Assembly: GCA_013239625.1 (NCBI GenBank) | Contig: MU053304.1 | Location: forward strand, 2,914,001-2,978,000 | Origin: Lama guanicoe | Taxonomy: Eukaryota | Reading direction: 5' to 3' | DNA length: 64,000 bases | In this document: positions 40,090-53,562 of the stretch, in pieces | Layout of the letters: each line of letters starts with the position of its first letter | Numbering within the stretch: the stretch's first letter is position 1 | Notes under the pieces: model-generated | What the model was told of the DNA's origin: nothing | What the model saw: only the letters and a program-made list of their open reading frames with translations | The model's database searches: none | Program-made: the position numbers and the translations under genes

Positions 40090-41820
40090 GGCAGCGCTGC
40101 CTTGTAGAGTGTTCCTTTCCTTCACTCCAGCTTAGACTGCCGTGGTCTGCAACTTCCTCAAAAACATCACATTACATTAACACAGCTGTTAAAAAGCCTG
40201 CTATCCAAGTCTACTGCGCATGGACTGAACCTGAGGAAAAGCAAAATATAGGTCTGCACAAATCAACACAACCTGTAAGTGAGTTCCAAAGAGCTTGTAT
40301 TAGAATGGCCAGGAAACCAGAACATTTAATGGGCCCAAACGAAAACCTTGTCACTAGGCCCAAACTCCAGGAACGTTGCACTTGCATATTGTTAATAATA
40401 TAAATAGTATGTAATTTCTCCAATTATGTGAATCAACTGGAAACAAAGTCACTGGTCAAAGTGATTTTGTCAACTAAGTTGTAATCTTTATTTTACTTTT
40501 TCGAGTGGGTTGAGGGTCTGTCGGCTCTGGTAAACACTTAAGATATGGGTGAGAAATTTCCAGATTTTTGATATAAAAGCTTTCCAGTTTCAGACCATTA
40601 TCAATGGATATTAACAGAAATGCAAGAGTGTCTCCATGTCCTCTACTGAAGTGATTTCATTTATTCACTACAGTCCACTGATAAATACTTCACATCTCCC
40701 AACAGTATCTGTATTCCTAGTTAATCAGAAAACTACCGCTGTTCAGCTGAGAGAGAGAAAGATCAAAGACTGTCTTGTTTCCATCCCAATATGACATGAG
40801 TAACATGATTACAAAACTCTCATCCTAAGGGAATGCTTTCTTACAAAAAAAGAGTCTTGTGATAAAATCTGCTTGTATATTAAATTATACAAAATATAAA
40901 CTTTTTGTTTATTTTTATTATAAATTATGAAGAGACTATCTTAAATAATACATTGAGTTAGCCTTCAAGGTTCATAAAGTATGAAGAGATTACTGTCTTA
41001 AGTCATGTATTGGCGCTTGAACTCAGTGGTTTCATTATAAATGTGTTGGTACCCGTATGGCAGACCTGCTAGTCAGATGACATTTATAATGATGGATACA
41101 GGATTTGACATAGCCAGTTAGGAACACAGACTTCCTGAGTTAAGGATACTTGCAGTTTATTTGAGAAAAAGAAAATCTTTTCACATTTAAATATTTTAAT
41201 CACAGAGATTTACTCTTGAAAAGCAAAGGTATCTAAGTTTTCCCTAATAAGTCTTCTTTCTCATCAACTAAGTGAACTAGACTGGCTTTTATTTTCTTGA
41301 ACAAAGAAAGTGTTCATTAAAAATTTCCTGAGATACTATGCTTTTACACTATTTTTTAAATTGTGAAGTAATTTTAACTGTGAACAAGGCCCCACGCCAT
41401 CAATTCTGGTCTTGTGTGTCATCAACATCTTGAAAAATGTCAGGAAAGCTTCATTGTAAGCCATACTTCCTCCCTACCACCCACGTCAGGAATCCTTTCC
41501 AGTATTCATTGAGTATTTATTATTAAAAGAAATAGTCCAAATTTAGGTTATGTGTCTAATATGACACATAAAACAAATGTCAACTTTTAACATTTATCCA
41601 TCATCTCAAACCGGAAGTCCTTTGTGGTACTAAATGGGAGAAGATATATTTATTTTTTAAACAACTCCAGAATATTGTGTGTAGACTTCTGTTGTGCTTG
41701 AATGAATGTTTACTTATCCTACAAAGCACAAATACTTAATTGTAACCATGTGATGAAATTATATATGTTGAACCTAAAGTTGCAAACTAATCAATAAATT
41801 TTTGTTGCCAAATCATGGAT
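40090..41820 (+). other. SPHKAP: SPHKAP 3' UTR (about 1.7 kb)
   Basis: AT-rich sequence with no recognisable repeats, from the stop codon to AATAAA at 41793-41798, followed by a T-rich tract. The end position is estimated. Confidence 0.7.
41793..41798 (+). terminator. Polyadenylation signal AATAAA of SPHKAP
   Basis: Canonical hexamer with a downstream T-rich element near 41823. Further AATAAA at 42125 and 42142 could be alternatives. Confidence 0.65.
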
Positions 41821-42489
41821 GATTTTTTTTCTCCAATAGCTTCACACCTCTTAAGAAAAGTAGTCACAGTGTGATTGGATGGAGGTAAATGTTCCTCGGA
41901 CTGTGTATCTTTCCACCTTCCACTGAGATTCCAGTACAATCCCTCTTGACATTTTCTGAACTGTCTCCAGCTCCTGCTGCCCCACCCCCACATGTTGCAT
42001 TCACTTGCCCTTTGTGAGCACACGGGTCGATGACACATGGGCACACTGTTGCCCGAGGCATGGAGCCCTGTCTTTGAGAATGTCAAGGGCAAGACTGTCA
42101 TCATCAGAACTCCTCTGATTACTAAATAAATAACATTGAAAAATAAATGAACATAATCCTGGGAGAAATGGATTTTCCAGATTCAGAATGGAGGTTTTGG
42201 CAAGCCCTTGAGTTGGAAGAAAGTGACCTCCACTAGCATCTTACTGAAGTCCACATCTGGTCCTCTTCTAATGAATCTGGAAATAGAGGGCAGCCATGGC
42301 ATGAATCTCCGCAGTGTTAATTCACCAGCATTTTACGCATGACTACACCCTCTGGGCTCCTTGCTCAGGTCTATATGAGTTATTTGCGTGCAGAAAGAAA
42401 CTATGGCCTCAATTTTGCAGGTAAGAAAATTGCGATTCAGAGGTGTGAGGGTACCTAATCAAGGTATCCAAGAATAATAAGAAAAATAA

Positions 42490-42730
42490 CAAGAGCAACT
42501 AAGACTTACTGAGCATTCGCTTCGTGCACCAGGGAACGTTAAGTGCTCTCCATGTATTAAGTCATTCAATCTCCCCAACAGCCCTATGAGGTAGGAGGTG
42601 TTATTACCATCTCATTATTGGAGAACCTAGCACAGGCCAAGAAGAAGTAGCTTGCGTAAGATCACAGAACTAGAATCAGGCGGAGCAGAATTCATCCCAG
42701 ATTAACACCAGAGTCTGCATTCTTATCTTG
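42490..42730 (-). mobile_element. MIR SINE (one of many; others near 1560, 2670, 6770, 13640, 39030, 46790, 54680, 59250, 60570)
   Basis: ttactgagca...tcattcaatctccccaacagccctatgaggtagg...aagatcacagaactag, matching the MIR core. Confidence 0.75.
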
Positions 42731-45264
42731 CACTGCAAGGTTTTAAACTGGCGTAAACTGGAGGCATGAGAAGTGAGAGGGGTCAAAGGATAGACAAGCA
42801 GAGGGGGAAAGAAGCAGAGTCACAGACCACAAATCATCTTTCACCGGTTCGATCTTATACTTTCTCAGTTACCATTACTCCCCCAAAGTAAGGAGAGAGA
42901 ACAATGAACAAAACTTTGTGTTACTTGACACTGATAGCAATTAAGACTGGAAAAGTGGAGTTGATGACTATTTGGAAGACTGGGTTAACTATTTAGTGTC
43001 CCCATGCAAAGAGACTGTACTTCTAGACCATTCACATAGGCTTCGTCAAGGCAAATACTTCATTTACCTGCAAAATGTAAAGGTGTCCTCAACCTGGATT
43101 AATACAGCAGGTTGTAGGATGTTTTCCAAAAGTGTAAAATCGCAATAAAAATTTTCTTCTTAAATCACCAAAAAAGAAAAATATGCATGTTTGACTTCTT
43201 TCATAATGCTTTCAGAAGCATTTTTAAAATGTTATATTTAATTTTTTAAATGTTATATTATAATGAAACATTCTCAACCAGTAATGCTGTACCGTTCAAC
43301 TGTTCCAAATAAAAGTTAGTGAACTAAAGAGCAGAATTGTTCAACGGAGCACAGAGGAAGTGTGCGCCAGCCAAATTTTCAGCATAGGAAGAATGAACAT
43401 CACAGGCACACACACCAGGAGATGTATTTTAAATTCTGTTTTTAGAGCTTGACTCCGGAAGGCAGCAAGAGAAAAGGAAAAAAAATAAAGTAAAAGGAGG
43501 GTATTTTCAGAGTAACAAATGCTGAGGCTGACTCATGATGGGCCTGGGAGTTAAAGAAATCTCTCTTGAGGCAGGCTAATGGAGAGAAGGATAGGGGTGA
43601 TTAAGTGACCGCGGCACACAGGCCTGTTGGTCATCAGTTACATGCTGGAAGTGACACCTGTCCCTTCCCTATCTGGGCATGAGTGACTCCCACTGACTGT
43701 GAGGAATGGAGGGGATCTTTGGCATGGAGCAACCCAAAGGAAATTGGCCAACACTGCCCAGGGCAACCTGGGTCATTGCCAAATGGAAGCAGATGATGAT
43801 CTCATACGGTGGCCCTACGTAGTGGAGAGATTGGTGACCTAGTCAGCAGTACCCCTTCTCATGCTCTCTACTTGATTTTATGTAGGAATTCACCTTTCTC
43901 TACATAACCCGTGTGAGGTAGGAGAAGCCGATTCCATCCCAGAGCACGGATGAAATCCAATGGGACTAAGCCTATTGGAGCCAGGCTCCCTTTGTGAGAA
44001 TCCTTATCAGTTTAGGGGTAGATTTGGGACCTAAAATTGCCCAAACTGAAGGGAAGGGATTATATACAGGTTCCCTCCCTCTCTTTCTTTCTCTTTATCT
44101 CTCTCCAACTCCTGACAAAAATTGAACAGGAAGACATTTCCCTGGCTGCTTCCGGCAGCCAACTTGCAAATGTAAATGGTTTATTAAAAACAATCTGAAT
44201 TACATGAGGCAAACAAAAACATGACGCATTTTTAAATTTTTTCAACTATTAGGCCAGCTGTGTTTTGTTAGGTACTTTTTTTGCCACCCTATTATGAATC
44301 TAGGGCAAATCCCATAGCTTCTGGTCTCTTTCATTACTCAAATCTCCAGCCAGTCTAATCCAATTTACAGCCTGGCTCTTGTATGTGGTTTAAAGCTCGT
44401 ATTCCCTTCTGCTAAGCACCAGCCAGGCTTCGGCCTGAGGAGCTTGAACTGGGAAAAGGGACAGTGTCTGCTATTTTTTGTTCTTCCTCTCCTACTTTTT
44501 CTGGTTCTATCTTTATCAGTGTTGGGCACTGGGGGAGGGAAAGGGAGCAGGGAAAATATTGCTTTCTTTATATGAAAGTGAAACTGTAATTCTCTGTTGA
44601 CCACGATTGCTTCTCTAATTAATACCACCCTTCTTTCCTTCTTGGGGAAGGAAATCAAACATCTGCTTTCCCCATAGGATACAGATGTGAATGTTTTGGA
44701 AGGCCCCGTGGTGTCACTGTGAACATTTCTCTGAATAGAAGACACACTGTAACTCCAGCTTTACCTCTTCCTCCTGCAGCCAATGACCCACCCCCATATG
44801 GCCTCTCTCTCTCTCTCCTGCTCCCATCCATTCAAGCATCTTGCTCCTGGTTCCCAGTACCCAATAAGCAATCCCATGGTTAGGGCACCAGCAAAATAGC
44901 TCAAGCACAGTCACCTACTGCAATGTCTGTAATAACCCTAGGCAGCCAATCAAAAGAGTAAGTAAATCAGATCCCTTCCTTATGGAGTAACCTTGGTTAA
45001 TTTTGGTGCCTCTTCCCATGATTTCAAGGAAGTGGGGGGAATACCCTTCCCACAAAGGGGAGATGGAAAAGGGCACAGGATGGATGAAGTGGCTTAAAAA
45101 ATACAGCTCTGAAGTTCTCATTTCTAGAGATCATTTTTGGGCAGAGAAACAGTGACAACCAAGAGAGAGAGGATTTCAAAACTGGCGAGTCAAGAAGATG
45201 CCTGTCCCTTTCCCCCTCCCTCCCTTCCATACCAATTTGTTGGAATAATTAAAACCAAGGAAGT

Positions 45265-45428
45265 AGGACAAGCTACATACTTTGCAGGCCTCATTGCAAA
45301 ATGAAAATGCAGAATCCCTTGCTTAAAAATTACTAATATTTTCAAGATTACAATAGCAGAGCCTTAAACCAAGTGCAAATCCTTTCTAAGTGTGAGGCCC
45401 TGTACGGCTGCCAAGGTTACATGATCCA
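45265..45428 (+). mobile_element. MER45A-like hAT-Tip100 MITE
   Basis: gctacatactttgcaggcc...tgcaaaatgaaaatgc...gcagagccttaaaccaagtgc matches the recalled MER45A consensus. Confidence 0.75.
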
Positions 45429-45429
45429 G

Positions 45430-46197
45430 TGGGTCCAGAAGGCAAAGTATCAAGCCAAAAAGGACTGTTCTTGAGCCTTGATATCTCATGGAGTTTGCCT
45501 TGTTAGGTGTTGGACTTCCTTGAGTTGCATCATGCCTTCCTTCTTCTTCATTTCCCCCTTTTGGAATAGAAATGTCTATCCAGTGCAGGCCTTGCCATTG
45601 TATTTTGGAAGCATGTAACTTGTCTGGTTTCACAGGTCCACAGCTGGAGAGGAATTTTGCCTTAGGATGAATCTTGCCTCGAGTATCATTCATATCTGAT
45701 TTAGACTACATTTAGATGACACCTTGGACTTTAGACTTTGAAGTTGATGCTGAAATGAGTTAAGGCTTCTGGGTCTCACATAAATGTCTTTCATGTGAGA
45801 AGGACACAAATTTGATGAGGTTAGAGGCAAAATACTTAGATTGAATATCTATCCTCCCCAAATTCATAGACTGAAGCCTAAATCTCCAATGTGATGACAT
45901 TTGGAAGCAGGACCTTTGGGAGCTAATTAGGTCATGAGGGTGGATCCCTCATGAATGGGGTTAGTGCCCTTATAAGTAGAGACATGAGGGAGATAATATC
46001 TCTCTCTGCACTCCACGTGAGGATTTAATAAGAAGATGGCCATCTGCAAACCAGGAAATATCCCCTTGCTAGACACCAGATCTGCTGGTGCCTTGAGTGT
46101 TGGACGTTCAGCTCCCAGAACTGGGAAAAACAAATATTTGTTGTTTAAGCCCCCCAGGCTATGGCATTCTTCCAAAACAGCCAAACTGACTAAGACA
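45430..46197 (+). mobile_element. MaLR internal fragment plus 3' LTR (MLT1A-like, LTR at about 45830-46197)
   Basis: Internal motifs (tggactttagactttgaagttgatgctg), then LTR cccaaattcata...taggtcatgagggtgg...gactaagaca. Confidence 0.8.
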
Positions 46198-48284
46198 TCA
46201 AACTTTGACGTTCCCCTCTGCCTTTCCACCATAGCACATGCTCTGAGATAGAGAGCACTGGACAGGAGTAGAGTTACTGTGAGACAGCTTGAGGGGTCAG
46301 CAGGGGAGTAAGTGACTTTGAGGTTCTGTGTGGCCTGTGCTTTAAATCCCAGATCAGATTTGGAAAAGTAAAAATGGAAGAGGTGTTGGGAAGATAATTT
46401 TAAGCAAAAAGAAGGGAGCAGGCAATAGGATGGGGCCTCAAAGCCAAGATAAGAGGGCGCAGAGATGGGAGAATGGAGGACTTATGATTTGGAAGTGATT
46501 GGAGTCAAAATCTGGAAGACCTTAAATATACAACTAAGATGTAAGGTCCATCCAAGCGGGGTGGTGTTTTATGCACATTTGTTTTGAAAGTAGGTTAGTT
46601 GTATTTTCTAGTATTCTAGTGTTCTGATTCCAGGCAAACTACTGCTAAAATTCCAGTACACATAGTAGCTTTAAACATGATGTGGATTCTGTGATACAAG
46701 TCATACTGTGATAAATGACAAGCTCCTGGTAGTGTCTGCTTCCCTCATGATAAGAAAGGACCACAGACAAAGGAATGTTGGATTTGCAATAAGAGAGTCT
46801 AGCCTTGAGACTCATTTGCCACTGACCATCTGTGCATCTTTGGAAAAATTGTTAACCTTTCTGAGCCTCAGTTTATTTGTCTATAAAGTGAGCATCAATA
46901 TACATTTATTACAGGGTTGTTGATACTGGATTTGACAGCGTTCACAGACATGCTTTGTAAGCAGCAAAGCGCTATCCAAGGTGCAGTGTCAATGTGATTT
47001 CTATGTTCTTGGCTCTGTTTTGGAAAGGTCATGCCCAGTTGACGCCTGCTTCAAAAAATGACATGTAAGTCTGCACAGGCAGAGTTAAAACAGGTTAAAG
47101 TATTTACAAATCTAGTTTTTAGCTGGGCAAAGCATACTTCTGACAGGTGATTCTCAGGGGAAGCTTTCAAGTGTCAAGCTCATGGACCCATGAATAGAAC
47201 CCATAACTGAGGGTAGTCAACTTTAGCTTGAAGCAGAGTTGCTGAAATCTTGGAGAACATAAGTTTTTTTTAATGAAACTTTTATGTAATACTTCTGTGT
47301 TTGTACACTCTGATTCCCTGTATTTTCCCAGTCTCATATCTCAGCTCCATGAAAATACAGGTTTCTGCTTTATTTTAAAAGAGTGTTGATAGAGAATCAA
47401 TTATATAACTACACTTCAGTGTGACAAAATTATAGTCTGATTCATAATTATAGTGGTTTTACTGGGTAGGGATTTTAGAATTTATTTACTCCAGCCATAA
47501 CAGTTCCTTGCCATTACTCCACAAGTGATCCATGATCTTAGAGAACTGTTCTTTGTTTTTTTCTGTTTGGAATATACATTCTCTCACCATGGACACTGAA
47601 TAGTGGATCTTCTAGCATCTGTTTGTCTCATCCCAATGACTCCCAGTTTCCAGCCTGCTTAAAAGGAAGCTAGCAGCTAGCTGTCCAGCCTCCGTGGGTT
47701 GCAGATGACCTCGGCTAAACCAGTCACTGCTTTCTGTTTCATTGGCCACAGTGGTTGATGTAACAGTGGACATAGGACTGAGCCTAGAGAGTTAACCAAG
47801 GATTGGTTGACTATTAAGGTCTAACTAAGTGGATACATCAGGATAAACAGGCTTGTTTATTTCATTTTATCTTTCCATTTTTTAAAGTGGTTCACTAGGC
47901 GTTTGCAGTGTTTCATACGGTTCTATTGAGTTGAGGTTTCCTAACATTTATTCCTTTCTAAATTGGGAAGATTATTCTGACAATCTTTTAAAATCAGTTT
48001 AATTAGTATTTTAGCACAGCAGTCAAGAAATTGATTGAGTATTTCTCCAAAGAATTCTTGTGATATCTCTCTGCGGAACAAAATGCACTTACGCCTGGCA
48101 TCTCTCTTCTGGTAGGTAGTAGCAGCCTTGTAAATCAGTTGTGATAGACGCCTGATTAAGCCCCATGAAGATCATACCAGACCAATTTCATCAAGTAATT
48201 GCGATAATTCATGACTCTTAAGAAGAGTTGTCCTTAGTTTATATCTAGCTTTTTCTAATTTGATAAGGTGATTTAAAAAAAAAA

Positions 48285-48710
48285 ACAACCATTGGTTATT
48301 TGACATTCCTTCAATTGAGCAGAGCCTGTGTCCCCTGCACTTAAACCTGAGTGGGGTTCTGACATCTTCAAACAAAAGTGTTCGGTAAAAGTGATGCTAA
48401 CATGACTTCCAAGATTAGATAACTGGATGACGTGGAGCTCTTGAGTACTCATGAGAGAATCCAGCTGCCATACATAAAAGCAGACTAGCCAAAAATTACA
48501 AGGCTGGAGAGACCAAGTGGAGGTATTTCTGCTGAAACTCACAGTGAGCCTGGCCTTCAAGTCATCCAAACCAGGCATCACACACCATGGAGCAGAAACT
48601 AATCGTCCCTGCTGTGTCTTATCTAAATTCCTAGCCCACAGAATTTTTTAGCACAATAAAAGTTTTGTCTGCCACTAAATTGTTTGTTGCACAGTTTAAT
48701 AACAGGAAGA
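48285..48710 (+). mobile_element. Old MaLR LTR (MLT1F/G/H-like)
   Basis: ccatggagcagaaac...aaattcctagcccacagaa...aataaa...gccactaaattg. Confidence 0.6.
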
Positions 48711-48714
48711 TTTG

Positions 48715-49450
48715 CCTTTATTCCCATTCAAGGATACATTTTAAGATTTTTCTTTGATGTGCTTCTGCTTCTATATATCAAAATTTGCTTTTCTTTTTAT
48801 TATATTTAAGATTGTATAAACTTGAATCTCTGGTGTCTTAAACAGTCCTGGAAGAGTCTCAGCCATTGTTGTTTCTGTACCATTTTCTCTCTCCTTTCTT
48901 TCTCTGTCTCCAATTAAACATGTTCAACCTTTATACTATGTTTTCTGTTTCTTATGCACTCTTCCAGTGTCTCTTCATGCTGGATAATTTCTTCTGATAT
49001 ATCTTCCAGTTACAAATTGTCTTTCCAGAATAAGTCTACTGTTAAACCCACCCATTGTGCTTAAATTTCCGTTACTGTTTTTTGGTTGTAGAAGTTCTGG
49101 ATTTTTTAATCTTTGTCATTTTATAGTTTCCTGTCCCCTGTAGATATTTCTAAGTTTGATTTTTAAAATATATAAATATATTATATATATATATATATTT
49201 CTTTACACATAATAATCATAGTTGTTTTATGGTTTGTGTCTGATAATTTATTAACTCTGAAGTCACACTGGGTCTAATGCTATTGTCTGTTCTGCTGGTT
49301 CTCATTCATGTCATCTTGGTTCCTTCTACATCTGGTATTTTTCATAGCATCCTGGATATTCTTTTTGAAAATCTATTTGTATAAATAATTTCAGACTTAC
49401 AATGATGAACTTTCCACTGGGTAGGATTTTTTCTTGCTCTGGCAGACATC
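48715..49450 (-). mobile_element. Old antisense L1 (L1ME-like) fragment
   Basis: T-rich decayed ORF1-region motifs (tctcagccatt, ataatttcttctgatatatcttccag). Confidence 0.55.
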
Positions 49451-51114
49451 TGAGTCTTTCAGTCCATGCTGCCTGAAGCTCATTTTGTATTTTATCCAGT
49501 TCTCTCTATTTGTTTCAGTGGCGGTTTGGTTCACACTACCCAGCTCACCATTACCTAAAGCATAAATTCAGGGGATGGTAGACTCACAGAGATCAGAATT
49601 CTCAAACTTCAAGATGTATATAATTCATCTGGTATCTTGTTAACTAGTGGAATTTTCAACAGGACTTCAGATTCTGACTCAATTCTACATCTTAACAAGG
49701 TCCCAGATGATGGCAAGGCTAAAATTTGAATAGCAGAAAGGTAGATAACATGTGCAAAGCTGGGCAGGAAGAATGAGTGGGGTTGGTAAGATTTCAACTG
49801 CAGTTTTCCTTTCCACCTCATTTCACTATTCTGTGGTATAAGGGCGGACAGTGATGTGCATGTGCAGGTTCACCACACCAAGGCTCTGACTGAGGCGCGA
49901 GGGATGCAGTGTGTTCCATAAAGCATCAGTTGAAAATCAGTGTTAAAGTAATCAGCTGTATCAGTATTCATTCACTCAATCAGTCAATCAACAATCACTC
50001 AGTCATCAACTATTTAGAGCGCTCTATCACACCACATTCCAGAGAAGCACGGAGTTGAGAAGTGACCTGGCTCCTGGTGGTGGAATCAGCTTGCGGGGCA
50101 ATGGGATCCTCTCCTGAGGTTGCTGATCTTTCCAGGCATGACTAAGGTTCTGAAAGGCAGCGTTCCAAGGACTTTGAGGCTTATTCCAAAGACATTTAGT
50201 CTCCGATATAGGAGACAGTTTCGTAAAAACTGTGGATATGTGCTTACTAGGTTTTTCTCCTCCTTGAACTTGTACCAGAGCCCTGGGGAGAGAAGGCAAA
50301 AATAAAGTTGCTCCATCATAAAAATACCTGAAACCCTGGGGAAGCAGCAAAGCTGCTTCATAGCCCACACTGCAAACTGCAACACAGAGGCAGTACCAAA
50401 GGCTATCATCATCACGTGAAGTGGAGCAGATCCTAAAAATGGAATATGAGAGAAATGTCATCTATCACATGAGGGAAAGGTGAGGGTCATGGTAGCAGGA
50501 GTTCGTCACCTCGCCTACATCCTGTCTTGGAAGAGGCAAAAAGTCTGACAGCTCCAAAATGGCCCAGAGAGACTTTAAAGTCTATTTGCTTGGTCTGTTT
50601 TTCAAGTGCAGGCTTTCCGCTTTTTTCTCAACCTCTTCATTCCCAATGCCCTAGACTCTTTCCAGCCAAAGAGCGTCTCACTACCCAGAAGGACTTCTAT
50701 TCAGAAAGTCCTCTAAAAGACTTTCAATCTCCTTTGCTCTTGGTGGTTAGTTTCTTTTTCCTCTGCCTTTATTCATTGCATTGTCCAAACCTTACTACAA
50801 ATCAACAGAATTATTCTCACCTGCACTGTCCACTCTGAACTCATGTTCTTTAGTCCTGGTCTCCCTGAAAACCCCAAGCCAGAACCCGTGTTGGAAGGTT
50901 CTTTCTTCACACCTGTGCTGTGTGGCAAAGCACTGTAGGTGAGAATCATACAATTACAACGCAGATGGCTACAACAAATCTATAATCTCTGACCTTGGCT
51001 TTCAGTGTTGCCCATCATCCCTGTATGATTCCCTTTGGTGATTATGTAAAAAAAAAATGTCAACATCCAATTCAGTCCATAAGCACCTCATTCTCAGAAG
51101 ACGGCCCTATAGAA

Positions 51115-51350
51115 ACCAAGGTATTGGGCATTAATCAGCCAGGCCTTGGTATTGCTGCTGCCCTGACATTCACAGCCAGGCCTTGGTGGTGTCAAAAACA
51201 GCTTCACAGAACATCAGCTTCAGACAAGGCCACTCTGTGCTCAGGATGGATCAAGACAAAACAAAACCATTCTATTTTGTTGAACACAGACAAAATATGA
51301 ATATTGTTCAAGCCACAAAAATGTGATAAACCAAGCGTCCCCCTCTCCTA
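51115..51350 (+). mobile_element. ERV1-class LTR fragment (MER90/MER110-like)
   Basis: cagacaaggccactctgtg...gatggatcaagacaaaac motif. Confidence 0.45.
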
Positions 51351-51359
51351 TTTGATATG

Positions 51360-51560
51360 AGTGGCCTTCTGCCATGTGAGGTCACAGCCAGAAAACGACC
51401 ATCTACAAACCAGGTAGCAGGTTCTCACTAAATATCGTATCTGCTTGAGACTTGATCTTGGACTTCCTAGCCTCTAGAACTGTTAAAAAAATATATTTCT
51501 GTTGTTTATAAGCCACTCAGTCTATGGCATTCTCTTGCAGAAGACCAAATGGGCTAAGAC
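51360..51560 (+). mobile_element. MaLR LTR 3' half (MLT1A/B-like)
   Basis: gccatgtgagg...ttgatcttggacttcctagcctctagaactgt...taagccactcagtctatgg...ctaagac. Confidence 0.8.
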
Positions 51561-51636
51561 TCAGTAAAAGCAAAATCACAGAGAAGGGAAAGTCTGGCAC
51601 ATATTTGTGACCTGATGAGTGGTCCGGTTATTGGCG

Positions 51637-51980
51637 TTGTCAGTCCACTCAGGCTGCCATGACAAAGCACCACAGACTGGGTGTTCCAAACAACACATCA
51701 TCACTTCTCAGCATTCTGGAGACTCAGGTCCAAGAGCAGCTCGCAGGTGACCATCTTGTTGCGTCCTCACGTAGTCTTCTCTCTGTGCTCGAGCATCCAT
51801 GGGGTCTCTTTGTGAGCACAAATTTCCTCTTTGAACACCAGTCAGATTGGATTAGGGACCGTCCTAAAGATCTTAACTTTATTACCTCTTTAAAGACTTT
51901 ATCTACAAGTACAACTACATTCTGAAGTTGATTAGGACTTCACATAGGAATTTCGCGAGGACACAACCCAGCCCCTAACA
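51637..51980 (-). mobile_element. MaLR LTR (MLT1-like)
   Basis: caggctgccatgacaaagcaccacagactgggtg...accagtcagattggattaggg...cagcccctaaca. Confidence 0.8.
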
Positions 51981-52399
51981 CCTGGAGTATAGAGGGGCAG
52001 GAAAGATTAGGCCAGAAATGTGTGTTAGGGCCAGCTCACAGATGCCCTAGAATAGAAGAAGAAGAAATTGGAACCTTTTTTTTATGCAATGAACTATATG
52101 AATGCCTGACATGACTCCCTCACCTCACTCGATTGTTCAAAATTGAAGGTGAAGCCTGCCGCCATGATTCATTTACTAATAAATTATTTCTATATATTAT
52201 AATGTATATTTTACAGCAACTAACTTCCTTATAAATAGACTTGCTTTCAGATATACATATATATAGATACAGATATAGATATAGGTATAGGTATATTTCT
52301 ATTTTTGTCCTCCTTCTTGAAACCAAATCTAAAAAGACTCTATGCATATTTAAAAGATTGTCTGAAGCAGAAAGTTTACATATGGCCAATGCTTTTAAA

Positions 52400-52810
52400 A
52401 AACTTTTATTAAAGTATAGTTGATTTACAATTTTGTGTTACTTTCAGGTGTACAACAAAATAATTCAGTTATGTATATATATTCTTTTTCAGATTCTTTT
52501 CCATTATAGGTTATTGCACGGTATTGAATATAGTTCCCTGCTCTATACAGTAGGTCCTGTTGTTTGTCTGTTTTATGTATAGTAGTGTGTATGTTAATCC
52601 CAAACTCCTATTTATCCCTCCCCCTTCCCTTCCCCTTCGGTAACCACAGTTTGTTTTCTATGTCTGTGAGTCTACTTCTGTTTTATAAATAAGTTCCTTT
52701 GTATATATTTTTTTAGATTCCACATATAAGTGATATTGTAGGATATCTGTCTTTCTCTTCACTCAGTGTGATGATCTCTAGGTCTATTCATGTTGCTGCA
52801 AATGGAATTT
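52400..52810 (-). mobile_element. Antisense L1 3' end
   Basis: tattaaagtatagttgatttacaa...ggtaaccac...ttttagattccacatataagtga...catgttgctgcaaatgg. Confidence 0.88.
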
Positions 52811-53490
52811 TGTATTAATACTTCTAAGCATTAGCTCAAAAGTTTAAGAAAGCAGCTGAAGCTATTCTAAATATAGACCACCTGTTTTTCCCAAGGGAGT
52901 CAGTAAGACTGGGTGAGTGGCTGAGAGAAGCACATGTGAGAAACAAAGTCTCTGGGCTGTACATGGGCAAAGGGTCCCCAAAGACAGAGGCAGCCCTCGC
53001 TCTCGCCAAGGACAGTTCATGCAAGATCACTTTCTCCACCGCACAACTCACCACTGATTCCATTTCTCAAAGGAGAAATGCAAGCTCAGGGATGCTTACT
53101 GACTGCCAACTATACCACAGACCATAGGCCTGGGGCTGGTTTTTCTCCATGTGTTTTATTATCTCGTCTCACTCTGTTATTGTCTTTCCATTTTATCAGT
53201 GAGGAAACAAACTCAGAAAACTAAAATGACTTGTTCATAAGAATAGAATAATGAGTCAAACAACCATCTTATTCCAAAGTCCACTCTCTTTGCCCCACAC
53301 CGTGTTAAGTGAGTTATCTCTACCAGGGTCACGTAGGTCCAGATATCCTCAGCCTGTGTTTGAATCCTGCCACTGCCCCCTGCAGGAGGAGGACACCAGG
53401 ATGCAGTAATGGTTGTGGGCCACTATCAGGGATCTGTTTGAGGACAAGCTTGAACCAAAAAGTATCTCAACCTGCACATATACAGCAGTT

Positions 53491-53562
53491 TATTAGGTTG
53501 AACCATAGAAATCACTTTTTGGAAATCAGAATTTGTCAGAATTTTATATGGTTCAACCTAAT
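53491..53562. mobile_element. MADE2-like mariner MITE
   Basis: Perfect 16-bp terminal inverted repeats attaggttgaaccata / tatggttcaacctaat around a spacer of about 40 nt. Confidence 0.85.

Noticed and set aside
41692..41752. Two halves of the mature miR-218 sequence (ttgtgcttga ... taaccatgtg)
   Set aside because: Separated by about 40 nt with no precursor hairpin; coincidence, not a miRNA gene.
53491..53562. Palindrome as a pre-miRNA or terminator
   Set aside because: Explained by MADE2 mariner terminal inverted repeats.
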